A stretch of 64,000 nt of DNA. It comes from Candidatus Latescibacterota bacterium (GTDB taxonomy: Bacteria > Latescibacterota > UBA2968 > GCA-2709665). A program made the position numbers and the translations under genes. The stretch spans positions 544,001-608,000 of the forward strand of contig CAXXXF010000015.1 of assembly GCA_963667175.2 (NCBI GenBank). The letters run 5' to 3'. Positions 41,290 to 50,956 of the stretch are shown piece by piece; the stretch's first letter is position 1, and each line of letters starts with the position of its first letter. Below the pieces are notes generated by a model. The model saw only the letters and a list, made by a program, of their open reading frames with translations. It did not search any database and was not told the origin of the DNA.

Positions 41290-43632
41290 TCACTCGGTCC
41301 GCAACGCATCCACAGGGTTTGCCCACGCCGCACGAATGGCCTGGACACTCACGGTCAGCAGCACGGCCAACAGCACGATCCCCCCGCCAAGCGCAAAGGT
41401 GGAAACTTGCGGGTCGATCCGGTACGCAAAATCCCGTAACCATTGTTCCGTTGCGTAGTAGGCGACGGGGAACGCGATGAGACTCGCGATGACCACGAGC
41501 TTTACGAAATCCCTGGACAACAGGGAGACAATCCCAAACACCCTGGCGCCCAGGACCTTCCGGATCCCGATCTCCCGGGTTCGGCGCGCGACGGCGAGGG
41601 CCGTAAGCCCGAACGCTCCGAGACAGGCGATAAAGACGGCGAGCAGCGTAGCATATCCGATAATACGGCTCCAACGTTCCTCGTTCCTGTATTGCGTGTC
41701 GAGATCATCGTCGAGAAACGAATAATGAAACTCGCGTCCCGGCGCGACCTCACGCCACTTCTCTTTCAGCAACGCCAGAGTCGCGGAGACGTTCGCAGCA
41801 CGAATCCTGACAAACACATGTCGAGATGAACGCGGATTGAAGGACAATACCAGGGGTCCGATCGGCTGGTGCAGCGAGCGAAAGTGAAAGTCGTTCACAA
41901 CCCCTATCACAGTGTAATCCCGGTTGATCCTGCGGAGCAACCTGCCCGCGACCGGTCTCTTCCATCCCAAACGGCGGGCCAGGGACTCGTTGATGAAAAT
42001 GGACCGCGATGAACCCGCCCGCCCGGAATCGAAATCGTTCCCTTCCAGGAGCGAGACGCCCATGGTCTCCAGGAAATCATCGCCGACGCTGATGTGTTCT
42101 ACATCGATCTTTTTTTCATCATGTTCGACGATTTCAGGGCTTCTCGCCCAATTGTTCAGCGTGTGACTGGTGGTCGTTACCCCCAGGATCATATGATGTT
42201 CTGACAACTCGTTTCGGTACACCTCGTGCGTTTGTGAATCCGGCCTCAGCGGATCAAATGCAAAGATTCTCACAAGATATTCACTATCAAATCCCAGCGG
42301 TTTCGTCCTCAGGTACTCCACTTGACGAACCATCATCAGCGCACTTACAACCAGGAATATAGAAAGGGCGAACTGCAATACCACAAGCGCCCTGCCGAAA
42401 CGGTTCGACCCTCCATGTCTGATGCGGCCCTTCAGAGCTGCGGCGGCCCGAGCGTCCGACAGCACGAAGGCCGGGTAGCCGCCCGCGGCCAGTCCGACGG
42501 TCACAGCCAGCCCGATAAGAAACGCCATGCCCGCGCCATCCGCCTGATGGTGCAGGGAGAGGTCCTTGACCACAACGCTATTGAAAACCGGCAGGAAGAT
42601 CTCCGCGACGCACACCCCGGCAACCAGCGCCAAAACGCTTAGTGCCATTGATTCTCCAAGGAATTGCGTCACCAGCTGTATTCGTGTCGCTCCCGCCACC
42701 TTTCGCATCGCCACCTCCCGGTCACGAGAGAATGACCGGCCCACTGCGAGGGTAATGAAGTTGACGCACGCAATCGTCAGGACAAGAAGAGCGATACCGA
42801 GAATGATATATGAAAACGCCGGATTCCCTGCTCCCACGGGTCCAGTCTTGTCCCGGTTGAGATGCATCTCCAACAGCGGCTGCAAACCCACTGACTCGTC
42901 CCACCGTTCTCCCCATCTTGTCTTTGGTAACTTCGAAAGCCAAAGTTCGACATCTGCTGGACGCACGTGATCCGGCAGAAATACAAACGTCTGGATTGGG
43001 CTAATGGCCCATGACGATCCTCTCGGATCGGGTTTGGCGGCAAGCGGCGAAAGAAAATCGAAACGGATGCTGGAGTTTCCGGGAATGGATTTCGCGATCC
43101 CGGTGACAACGAAATCCCGTGCCACCGGCGGTCGTCCCCAAAATTCGATCGTAAGTAATTTGCCGATAGGATCTTCGTCGCCAAAATATCTCCGCGAAGC
43201 AGCCTCGGTGACGACAAGAGAGTATGGATCTTCGAACACCGACTCAGGGTCTCCTTGTATCAGAGGAAAGGAGAACACCTTCAGAATCGCCGGGTCTGCA
43301 AACTGGAAACTTGCGTCTATAGCCCGATCCTGATACTTCGCAGACCCGCCCGAGCCAACCCTGACCGTCCGAACGTCCGGAAACGCCGCTTCCAGCGCGG
43401 GCCCCAGGGGGACGGGGGTCCAGTCGCTCGCGCCCGTACGATCAACGGTATAGGCTCGATAGAGTCGATCCGCGTTCTCATGGAATGCATCGTACGTCCA
43501 TTCGTGCCGAACGTACAGGAACGTCAGAATGCAGAACGCGATCCCGATCGATAGGCCCGCCACGTTGATCAGGGAGTAGACCGTGTGGCGCATGAGATTG
43601 CGATACGCCACGATCAGGTAATTTCGGAGCAT
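41290..43632 (-). CDS. MacB/FtsX-like ABC permease, copy 2
   Basis: Same architecture as copy 1: MLRNYL...ANPVDALRTE. Confidence 0.93.
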   Translation of the reverse strand: MLRNYLIVAYRNLMRHTVYSLINVAGLSIGIAFCILTFLYVRHEWTYDAFHENADRLYRAYTVDRTGASDWTPVPLGPALEAAFPDVRTVRVGSGGSAKYQDRAIDASFQFADPAILKVFSFPLIQGDPESVFEDPYSLVVTEAASRRYFGDEDPIGKLLTIEFWGRPPVARDFVVTGIAKSIPGNSSIRFDFLSPLAAKPDPRGSSWAISPIQTFVFLPDHVRPADVELWLSKLPKTRWGERWDESVGLQPLLEMHLNRDKTGPVGAGNPAFSYIILGIALLVLTIACVNFITLAVGRSFSRDREVAMRKVAGATRIQLVTQFLGESMALSVLALVAGVCVAEIFLPVFNSVVVKDLSLHHQADGAGMAFLIGLAVTVGLAAGGYPAFVLSDARAAAALKGRIRHGGSNRFGRALVVLQFALSIFLVVSALMMVRQVEYLRTKPLGFDSEYLVRIFAFDPLRPDSQTHEVYRNELSEHHMILGVTTTSHTLNNWARSPEIVEHDEKKIDVEHISVGDDFLETMGVSLLEGNDFDSGRAGSSRSIFINESLARRLGWKRPVAGRLLRRINRDYTVIGVVNDFHFRSLHQPIGPLVLSFNPRSSRHVFVRIRAANVSATLALLKEKWREVAPGREFHYSFLDDDLDTQYRNEERWSRIIGYATLLAVFIACLGAFGLTALAVARRTREIGIRKVLGARVFGIVSLLSRDFVKLVVIASLIAFPVAYYATEQWLRDFAYRIDPQVSTFALGGGIVLLAVLLTVSVQAIRAAWANPVDALRTE

Positions 43633-44075
43633 GGAACCGCTACCTCTAAATTGGTTATCTCATGAGTTCTCGCTGTAAGCGTTCTACGATAGGACGTCCA
43701 CGCAAAATACAGTTATATTTGGTCGCGATGCTGGCATAAGGTACAGCGTTGACGTCCCCCCACCGCATCAGCCGTCGCCTGCCTGTGCGCTGCACGCAGA
43801 CAGGCCGGCCCTTCGACACCCCTTCGACAAGCTCAGGGTACTGGCTCAGGAATCGGCTCGGCTTCTGCCTGCCTGCCGCCTGCCTGCGCCGCTGCGCTTC
43901 CCGCGGCAGGCAGGCGCTCCGCTTGGATCAGGCAGGCGACTCCCCCTCAAGGGGGGAGTGATTAAACCGTTGCAAGGGCGTGCGCGTTCACTTGCGCCTA
44001 TTTGGTTGCGGCTGAGCATCGCGAAGCCGTGGCAGGTCGTACATGTGTAAGATACCTGCGTCTTCATCCTACAGA

Positions 44076-44193
44076 AGCGACAACCGTGCCAACGGGCATT
44101 TCTATATATTTTTCAACGATTTAGACCGACATTCTCACGAAAGCGGGACAAACAAGTGTCCGTTTTCGATACACTGATGTCCGAAAATGAACA
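44076..44193 (-). promoter_or_regulatory. sigma54 promoter with activator sites (second copy)
   Basis: TGGCACGGTTGTCGCT at 44091-44076; TGTCCGTTTTCGATACA (44157) and TGTCCGAAAATGAACA (44178). Confidence 0.72.
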
Positions 44194-44220
44194 GTTCTGG
44201 CAGAGCCTGGACGGCACAGC

Positions 44221-46560
44221 TCACTCGGTCCGCAACGCATCCACAGGGTTTGCCCACGCCGCACGAATGGCCCGGACACTCACGGTCAGCAGCACGGCCA
44301 ACAGCACGATCCCCCCGCCGAGCGCAAAGGTGGAAACTTGCGGGTCGATCCGGTACGCAAAATCCCGTAACCATTGTTCCGTTGCGTAGTAGGCGACGGG
44401 GAACGCGATGAGACTCGCGATGAGCACGAGCTTTACGAAATCCCTGGATAACAAGGAGACAATCCCAAACACCCTGGCGCCCAGGACCTTCCGGATCCCG
44501 ATCTCCCGGGTTCGGCGCGCGACGGCGAGGGCCGTGAGTCCGAACGCACCCAGGCATGCGATGAATACCGCGAGCAGTGCGGACAATTGTAAGACCCGAT
44601 TCAGGCGATCCTCCGTCTTGTATTGCCCATTCACTTCGTCTTCAAGAAAGGAAGTTTGAAACTCAAGGCCCGGCGCGACCTCCCGCCACTTCTCCTTCAA
44701 AAACGCCAGTGTCGCCGGGATGTTTTCAGCGCGTATTCTGACAAAAAGCATGCCCCATCCCAGCGTTGCGAGCCTCAACACAGCCGGTCCGATCCTGTGG
44801 TGTAGAGAGCGAACGTGGAAGTCCTGGACAACCCCGATCACCGCAACGTCCCGTTCTTCCACTCGCAGCTTTCTTCCCACGACCGGCGTCTTCCAACCCA
44901 AACGCCGGACCAACTCCTCGTTCACCACTATTGAAGCCCGGGAATCGGTACTCCGTGGATCGAAATCCGCGCCCTCCAGGAGGGAAAAACCCATTGTTTT
45001 CAGAAATTCATCTCCGACGTCTAACAGCTCGACATCGAATTGTTCTCCTTGATACTCAACGTTTCCGATGTACCGCGTCCTGTTGCTCAGTGCATGCGTG
45101 GTGGTCGTTATCCCCATGACCGTATGGTACCGCATCAACTCGTTCCTGTATACGTCGACATGGCCTGAATCTCTCTGCCAGAGATTCCATATCGGGATGC
45201 GCAGTACATGCTCGCTATCGAAGCCCAGCGGTTTTGTCTTTAGATACTCGAGTTGACGGACCATCAGCAGCGCACTGACAACGACACAGGCGGAAATCGC
45301 CAACTGAATAACCACAAACGCCCTTGCGAACAGGCTGGTGGCTCCGAACCTGTGCCTTCCACCTAACACCACAACCGGTTGAAACCCGGACAGAACAAAG
45401 GCCGGATAGCCACCGGCCGCCAGCCCGACGGCCGCCGAGAGTCCGACGAGAAAGGCCAGCCCGGCGCCATCCGTCTGATCGCGAAGAGCGAGGTCCATCC
45501 CAACCAGGTTGTTGAATGCCGGCAGGAGGAGTTCTGCCAGAACGACCCCGGTAATCAGGGCCATCACGCTCAACAACATCGACTCTCCCAGGAACTGCTG
45601 AGTCAGCTGCGTCCGCGATGCGCCAGACACTCTACGCATCGCGACCTCCCGGTCGCGAGAGAATGACCGGCCCACGGCAAGGGTCATGAAATTCACGCAT
45701 GCAATTACCAGCACCATTAGTGACATTCCAATAAGGACATATGCATAGACCGGATCGCTCACAGGCTTCGGTCCCCGACCGCCGCGGTTGAAATGTACCT
45801 CCAGAAGGGGCTGAAGGCCGACCTTAGTTTCCGCATCTTCACCGAACCATGTCTCTACAAGTCCCGGAAACTGCTCCTCCAGATCGACCGGCCAGACGTG
45901 TTCCGAAAGAAGCACATAGGTCGCGATATTATAATGTCTCCAATTTCGGGGTTCGCCCCTGGCGGCAAACGGCGCCAGAAAGTCGAACCGGATGCTGGAG
46001 TTTTTTGGAATGGTCTTGGCAATCCCGGTGATAACCAAATCCCGGACCACCCGCCGTAGTCCCACCAAGTCTACCGAAAGGACCTTGCCAATGGGGTCTT
46101 CATCTCCGAAGTATTTCCGCGCCGCCGCGTCGGTGATCACAAGAGAGTACGGATCCTCCAGCACGGTCGCCGGATCTCCCTTTAATAGCGGAAAAGTGAA
46201 CACTTCGAGGATCGTCGGATCGGCAAAGTAGATACTTCGCCCTAAAGACCGGTCCCCCTCTTTCACAGATGAAGCGCCCCCGCCGATTCTTACGGCGCGG
46301 ATGTCCGGAAACGCTGCCTCTAGCGCGGGCCCCAGCGGATCCGGCGTCATGCCCGACTGTCCAAATCGCGTTTCAGTATATACGCGATATATCCGATCTG
46401 CCTTATCATGAAATGCGTCAAAAGACCATTCGTGCCGGACGTACAGGAACGTCAGAATGCAGAACGCGATCCCGATCGATAGGCCCGCCACGTTGATCAG
46501 GGAGTAGACTTTGTGGCGCATGAGATTGCGGTACGCCACGATCAGGTAATTTCGGAGCAT
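44221..46560 (-). CDS. MacB/FtsX-like ABC permease, copy 3
   Basis: Same architecture; termini nearly identical to copy 2. Confidence 0.93.
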   Translation of the reverse strand: MLRNYLIVAYRNLMRHKVYSLINVAGLSIGIAFCILTFLYVRHEWSFDAFHDKADRIYRVYTETRFGQSGMTPDPLGPALEAAFPDIRAVRIGGGASSVKEGDRSLGRSIYFADPTILEVFTFPLLKGDPATVLEDPYSLVITDAAARKYFGDEDPIGKVLSVDLVGLRRVVRDLVITGIAKTIPKNSSIRFDFLAPFAARGEPRNWRHYNIATYVLLSEHVWPVDLEEQFPGLVETWFGEDAETKVGLQPLLEVHFNRGGRGPKPVSDPVYAYVLIGMSLMVLVIACVNFMTLAVGRSFSRDREVAMRRVSGASRTQLTQQFLGESMLLSVMALITGVVLAELLLPAFNNLVGMDLALRDQTDGAGLAFLVGLSAAVGLAAGGYPAFVLSGFQPVVVLGGRHRFGATSLFARAFVVIQLAISACVVVSALLMVRQLEYLKTKPLGFDSEHVLRIPIWNLWQRDSGHVDVYRNELMRYHTVMGITTTTHALSNRTRYIGNVEYQGEQFDVELLDVGDEFLKTMGFSLLEGADFDPRSTDSRASIVVNEELVRRLGWKTPVVGRKLRVEERDVAVIGVVQDFHVRSLHHRIGPAVLRLATLGWGMLFVRIRAENIPATLAFLKEKWREVAPGLEFQTSFLEDEVNGQYKTEDRLNRVLQLSALLAVFIACLGAFGLTALAVARRTREIGIRKVLGARVFGIVSLLSRDFVKLVLIASLIAFPVAYYATEQWLRDFAYRIDPQVSTFALGGGIVLLAVLLTVSVRAIRAAWANPVDALRTE

Positions 46561-46941
46561 GGAACCTGTGCCTTTAAAGGAGGGAGTCGCGAATCAGCCT
46601 TTTCGATCCGCGCACACCCGGCTGTCGGTGCGTTCAGGAAGTGTGTGTGAAGGTAGGGCCTGCCTGCAGCGCCTGTCTGCGTGCGTGCACGCACAAGCAG
46701 GCAGTTCGCTGCGCAGGCAGGCAGACATTCCTGTCTGCCCTTAGCAGCACGTTGAAAAAGCCCATCCGGGCTACGTCCCGCCCTTGCGATCGAAATACTG
46801 CGTTTCGCGTCCTCGAGTCGGTGGCTTTGGCTCCGAAGGTTGAACGCTTATGTGAATATCGCTCCTTCAAGGGTTCGACTACGCTGGAATGTGGATGGTC
46901 TCCTTGAAGAACGAAGACGCGAGTCTGAACGGCTTTGCGGT

Positions 46942-49305
46942 TTATTCATACCGCAGCGCCTCCACCGGGTTCGCGCGAGCCGCCCGGACTGTCCGGACGC
47001 TCACCGTCAGCAGCACGACCGCCAGCGTCAGCACACCACCCAAGACGAACGTCCAGACACCCTGATCGATCCGGTACGCGAAATCCCGCAGCCATCGTTC
47101 CATCACCCACCACGCGACCGGCCACGCGATTGCATTGGCCACCGCCACCAGCAGTACGAACTCACGCGACAGCAGACTCACGACGTCCGTCACACTGGCG
47201 CCCGATATCTTCCGAATGCCGATCTCCTTCGTTCGCCGCGTTACGGCAAACGCCGTCAATCCAAACGCCCCCAGACACGCAACGAAAACCGCGAGCAGCG
47301 TTCCGTAACCGATGATTCGATGCAATCGCTCTTCGGTTCGGTATTGGCGATCGATGCTCTCATCGAGGAAAAAATAGTGGAAACCGGAGGACTGTGTCAC
47401 GGCTTCCCATTGATCTTTCATATACGCCAGTGTGCCGGGGATATCGTCGGGACGAACTCGAACCACCAGTCGGCTGAATGGATATTCCGGATCGCATTTC
47501 AGGAGTGCGGGGCCAATCTTGTGATGGAGAGAACGAAAATGAAAATCGTTCACCACCCCGATCACCGTCATTTCGTCGAAAAATCTCAATGTCTTCCCAA
47601 TTGGCGACCTCGGTCCCAGCCGACTGGCCAGCGTTTCATTGATGATCACGGACGCAGCAGGGGCTGTGGCAAGGTCCCGCGAATAATTCCGCCCCTCGAT
47701 CAATTCGATTTGCAGCGTTGGGATAAAATCGAAATCGACATAGAACACCTCCACGCCCTTGACGTCTGTTCCATCATGCGCCACACCGCCGCGCGACTGT
47801 TGTCTGTTATCCATCAGGTGGAACATCCCGCTCACGCCGAGAATCGCGTGATGAGATAAGAGAGCGTCCCGAAAGGTTTCAATGCCTTCTTTCCCCTGGT
47901 CCCGGAGCTTGGCGGCCTGCCAGACGCCGATGAGGTGTTCGCTGTCAAAGCCGAGGGGTTTGTTCCGCAGATGGTCGAGCTGAACGGTCGCCACCAGGGC
48001 ACAGATGACCAATGCCGCGGACGTCGAGATCTGAAAGGCCAGGAGAAACCGGCTGATCTGTCCTGCGGCGACAATTCTCAGTCGGTTGTTGAGCACATGA
48101 ATCGGCACAAAACCGGACAGGACAAAAGCCGGGTAGCTGCCAGCAGACAACCCCACGATCAAGGCCAGGCCGATCAACGGGGCCACTGCCGATCTGTCCA
48201 GATCCGCAGCCAACGAAAGCTCCTGATCCATCAGGCTGTTGAACAACGGCATCAGCACTTCTGCCAGTACAACGCCAACCATCAATGCGACGAGGCTCAG
48301 GAGTATCGATTCCGATAGAAATCGCGCGATGACCTGAGGTCTGCGGGCGCCAGCCACTTTGCGTATGCCTACTTCTCGCGCCCGGACTGGCGACCTTCCC
48401 AGCGCAAGGGTCGTAAAATTCACACACGCGATCAACATTATCAGAACGCCGATGCACAGCAGGATGTAACTATACGCCCGGTCGGTCGCGGGTTCGGGCG
48501 CACGTATTTCAGGACTGAAATGCACGTCGGCCAACGGCTGCAGTTTCATCTCCTGCTTCTCACCCATAATGGGCCACGACCACTTAACGAAACGCGGAAA
48601 CAGGCCTTCCAATTCCGCAAAGTCGACCGGTTCGTTCAGCAACACGTAAACGCTGGTATTGTTTGTCATATTCCATGTATTGAGCGCCTCCTCGACGTTT
48701 TCAAAAGACTGCAGACAGTCAAACTGAATGCTGGACACCGCGGGAACATCCCTGAGAATGCCAGTGATTAGCGCCTCGTGCACCTCCGAATCTCTTGTAA
48801 AGGTTATCGATTTGCCCAGCGGATCTTCTTTACCGAAGATTCTCTGAGCGGTTTTTTCTGAAATAACCATGGCGTCCTTTCGGTCCAGCGCTGTTTCCGG
48901 GTCGCCTTTCAACATCGGAAACGTAAAGACTTCCCGGAAACCCGGATCGACGTATGCGATACGGGCCCGAAGCGAACGGTCTTCATACCGGAGTGTGCGA
49001 TTCCGGGTATGGATTCTTACGACCCGCTGCATTTGTTCGGGAAACGCTTTCGCCAGGGCCGGACCGAGAGGTCCCGGCGTCGTCGCCATGGCGACACTTC
49101 CTTCGCCCACTTCACCCTTGCTGTAAACACGATATATCCGATCTGCCTTTACATGAAATGCGTCAAAAGACCATTCGCGCCGGACGTACAGGAACGTTAG
49201 AATGCAGAACGCAATCCCTATTGAAAGTCCTGTCACGTTGATCAGGGAGTAGACCTTGTGGCGCATGAGATTGCGATATGCCACGATCAGGTAATTTCGA
49301 AGCAT
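46942..49305 (-). CDS. MacB/FtsX-like ABC permease, copy 4
   Basis: MLRNYL...ANPVEALRYE. Confidence 0.93.
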   Translation of the reverse strand: MLRNYLIVAYRNLMRHKVYSLINVTGLSIGIAFCILTFLYVRREWSFDAFHVKADRIYRVYSKGEVGEGSVAMATTPGPLGPALAKAFPEQMQRVVRIHTRNRTLRYEDRSLRARIAYVDPGFREVFTFPMLKGDPETALDRKDAMVISEKTAQRIFGKEDPLGKSITFTRDSEVHEALITGILRDVPAVSSIQFDCLQSFENVEEALNTWNMTNNTSVYVLLNEPVDFAELEGLFPRFVKWSWPIMGEKQEMKLQPLADVHFSPEIRAPEPATDRAYSYILLCIGVLIMLIACVNFTTLALGRSPVRAREVGIRKVAGARRPQVIARFLSESILLSLVALMVGVVLAEVLMPLFNSLMDQELSLAADLDRSAVAPLIGLALIVGLSAGSYPAFVLSGFVPIHVLNNRLRIVAAGQISRFLLAFQISTSAALVICALVATVQLDHLRNKPLGFDSEHLIGVWQAAKLRDQGKEGIETFRDALLSHHAILGVSGMFHLMDNRQQSRGGVAHDGTDVKGVEVFYVDFDFIPTLQIELIEGRNYSRDLATAPAASVIINETLASRLGPRSPIGKTLRFFDEMTVIGVVNDFHFRSLHHKIGPALLKCDPEYPFSRLVVRVRPDDIPGTLAYMKDQWEAVTQSSGFHYFFLDESIDRQYRTEERLHRIIGYGTLLAVFVACLGAFGLTAFAVTRRTKEIGIRKISGASVTDVVSLLSREFVLLVAVANAIAWPVAWWVMERWLRDFAYRIDQGVWTFVLGGVLTLAVVLLTVSVRTVRAARANPVEALRYE

Positions 49306-49369
49306 GGAATCCGGGCCTCTAAATCAGTGCGTCGCGACTCATCATTGCTGAATCTGGCCGATTGCTAAC

Positions 49370-49485
49370 GCGATTATTGTGCCAATGAATCAAGTTATTA
49401 ATTAACAAATGGTTGTGAAATATGACGGTCTCTGCGGCCAACCACAAGTGTTCGATTATGATACACTAATGTCCGAAAATGAACA
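49370..49485 (-). promoter_or_regulatory. sigma54 promoter with activator sites (third copy)
   Basis: Minus strand TGGCACAATAATCGC (GG-N10-GC); TGTTCGATTATGATACA (49449) and TGTCCGAAAATGAACA (49470), with an AT-rich spacer between. Confidence 0.72.
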
Positions 49486-49857
49486 TTCTGTTGGGCGACT
49501 CACCGTCTCGGGGACGGATATCGGACAATTGGCCGAACGCGGGCGGGCGGTTCGAGAACCGCCCCTACGTGTATCGGAAAACCGTCAAATTGGTTTCGTC
49601 CTGTAGCCCGCTGTCATTGTATCCGTAGGGGCCTGCCTGCTGAAAGGAGCAAGGCAGGTAACTCACCGGCCCTATCTCCAGGACGGGTGGCGAATATTCC
49701 TGGAACAAATCGACTCGGAAAACGATCAAATCCTTGAAACCGATATTCTTACACCAAAAAGGGGGTGGTCATCGTGCCACAGATCAAACGACGAAGACGC
49801 CGCCCGAGGCTCATATTCGTCAAAGGTCAAAGGCGACCGAAGGGTTAATTCGTCCCA

Positions 49858-49899
49858 TAAAATCACCGGTCTCGTGGAGAGGCCGGTGATTCTTTTTTC
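49858..49899. terminator. Hairpin terminator
   Basis: AAAATCACCGG-N-CCGGTGATTCTTTTTT. Confidence 0.55.
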
Positions 49900-50155
49900 A
49901 CAATCAAGTCTCTGCCGTCTGACTTCGGTGAGACGTGAGACGGTAGAAGAAATCCTTGCCCGATATGCTCTTCCTCAATGCCTCCGGCACGAAATTTAAC
50001 CCCACGGGGCAGGCGATCTCTCACGTCTCCCGTCTAACGTCTACCCCTTTACGTCTCCCCGCCCGTAGGTCTCTCCCCGCCTTCGGGTGTTTCCAGTTTC
50101 CCTTTGTGTCTTTGTGTCTCCGTGTGAGTCGAAGTTCTCTCCCATGTCACCGCTT

Positions 50156-50619
50156 TTCAGGATGGGCCCCAGGGTGCGGCCAAGCTCACCGCACAACATC
50201 CAGATGCCCATACCGCGGCCCAGGTTCGGGCCCGAGAGCAGCCCCGCCATCGCCGGTCCGACCGCGTGAAAGGCGGCCGAGGCAAATCCGGTGACCAGCA
50301 GCAGCGCGACCAGGGACCCATAGTTCGGCGCGACACCCAGCAGGCTCATGGCAATGCCCGTTATCGCGGGTCCCAGGATTACGAGGAACCGCAGATTCGA
50401 GCGGTCCGCCCGATGCCCGATGAACGGTTGAAACACGGACGGCGCCTGTCTCGCCAGCATCAACAGACTGGCCTCGGTCTTCGACAGGGAAAGCGTTTGA
50501 ATGAAGATGGGAAGCAGCGGCGCCAGGAATCCGCTGTACGTATCATGCACGGCGTGCCCGCCGGACAGAACGACCACGTCGGCGGTCCGGAACCGTTCCT
50601 CCTGACGCTTATCGGACAT
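50156..50619 (-). pseudogene. Truncated MFS transporter (Fsr-like)
   Basis: HAVHDTY.GFLAPLLP, QPFIGHRADR, SAAFH, GRGMGI..LCGELGRTLGP; after about 5 transmembrane helices the frame runs into the composite repeat. Confidence 0.75.
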
Positions 50620-50956
50620 TGGATGCTCACACGGAAAAAGCGGCCCGTACTGACCACTTTTCCAATCTCTTCAATTTATAAAGCAGCAATCCACATGGGT
50701 GGACAGGATGAAACCGAAAAGCGCGAGAAAACGAGAAGACGAAAAAGCGCGAGAAAACGAGGAACGGAAGTGAATCGATTCAGCATAGCAGGTGCGTCGT
50801 CACTCCGGCCATCCTGAAATCCAGACGTTTCGCTGGCCAGCCCGATTCCGGGTTCTTGAAGGTTCTCGTTACATTCACCGCTAACGTTATTGAAAATCAA
50901 CAATGAATCGGGATAAAGTCACAAGCTCAGTACCGGTTCCTACAGCCGCGTCATGG

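Noticed and set aside
41290-44570. Diversity-generating retroelement TR/VR pair (duplicated permease 3' ends)
   Set aside because: Both copies lie in full genes, the mismatches are not adenine-specific, and no reverse transcriptase is in the window.
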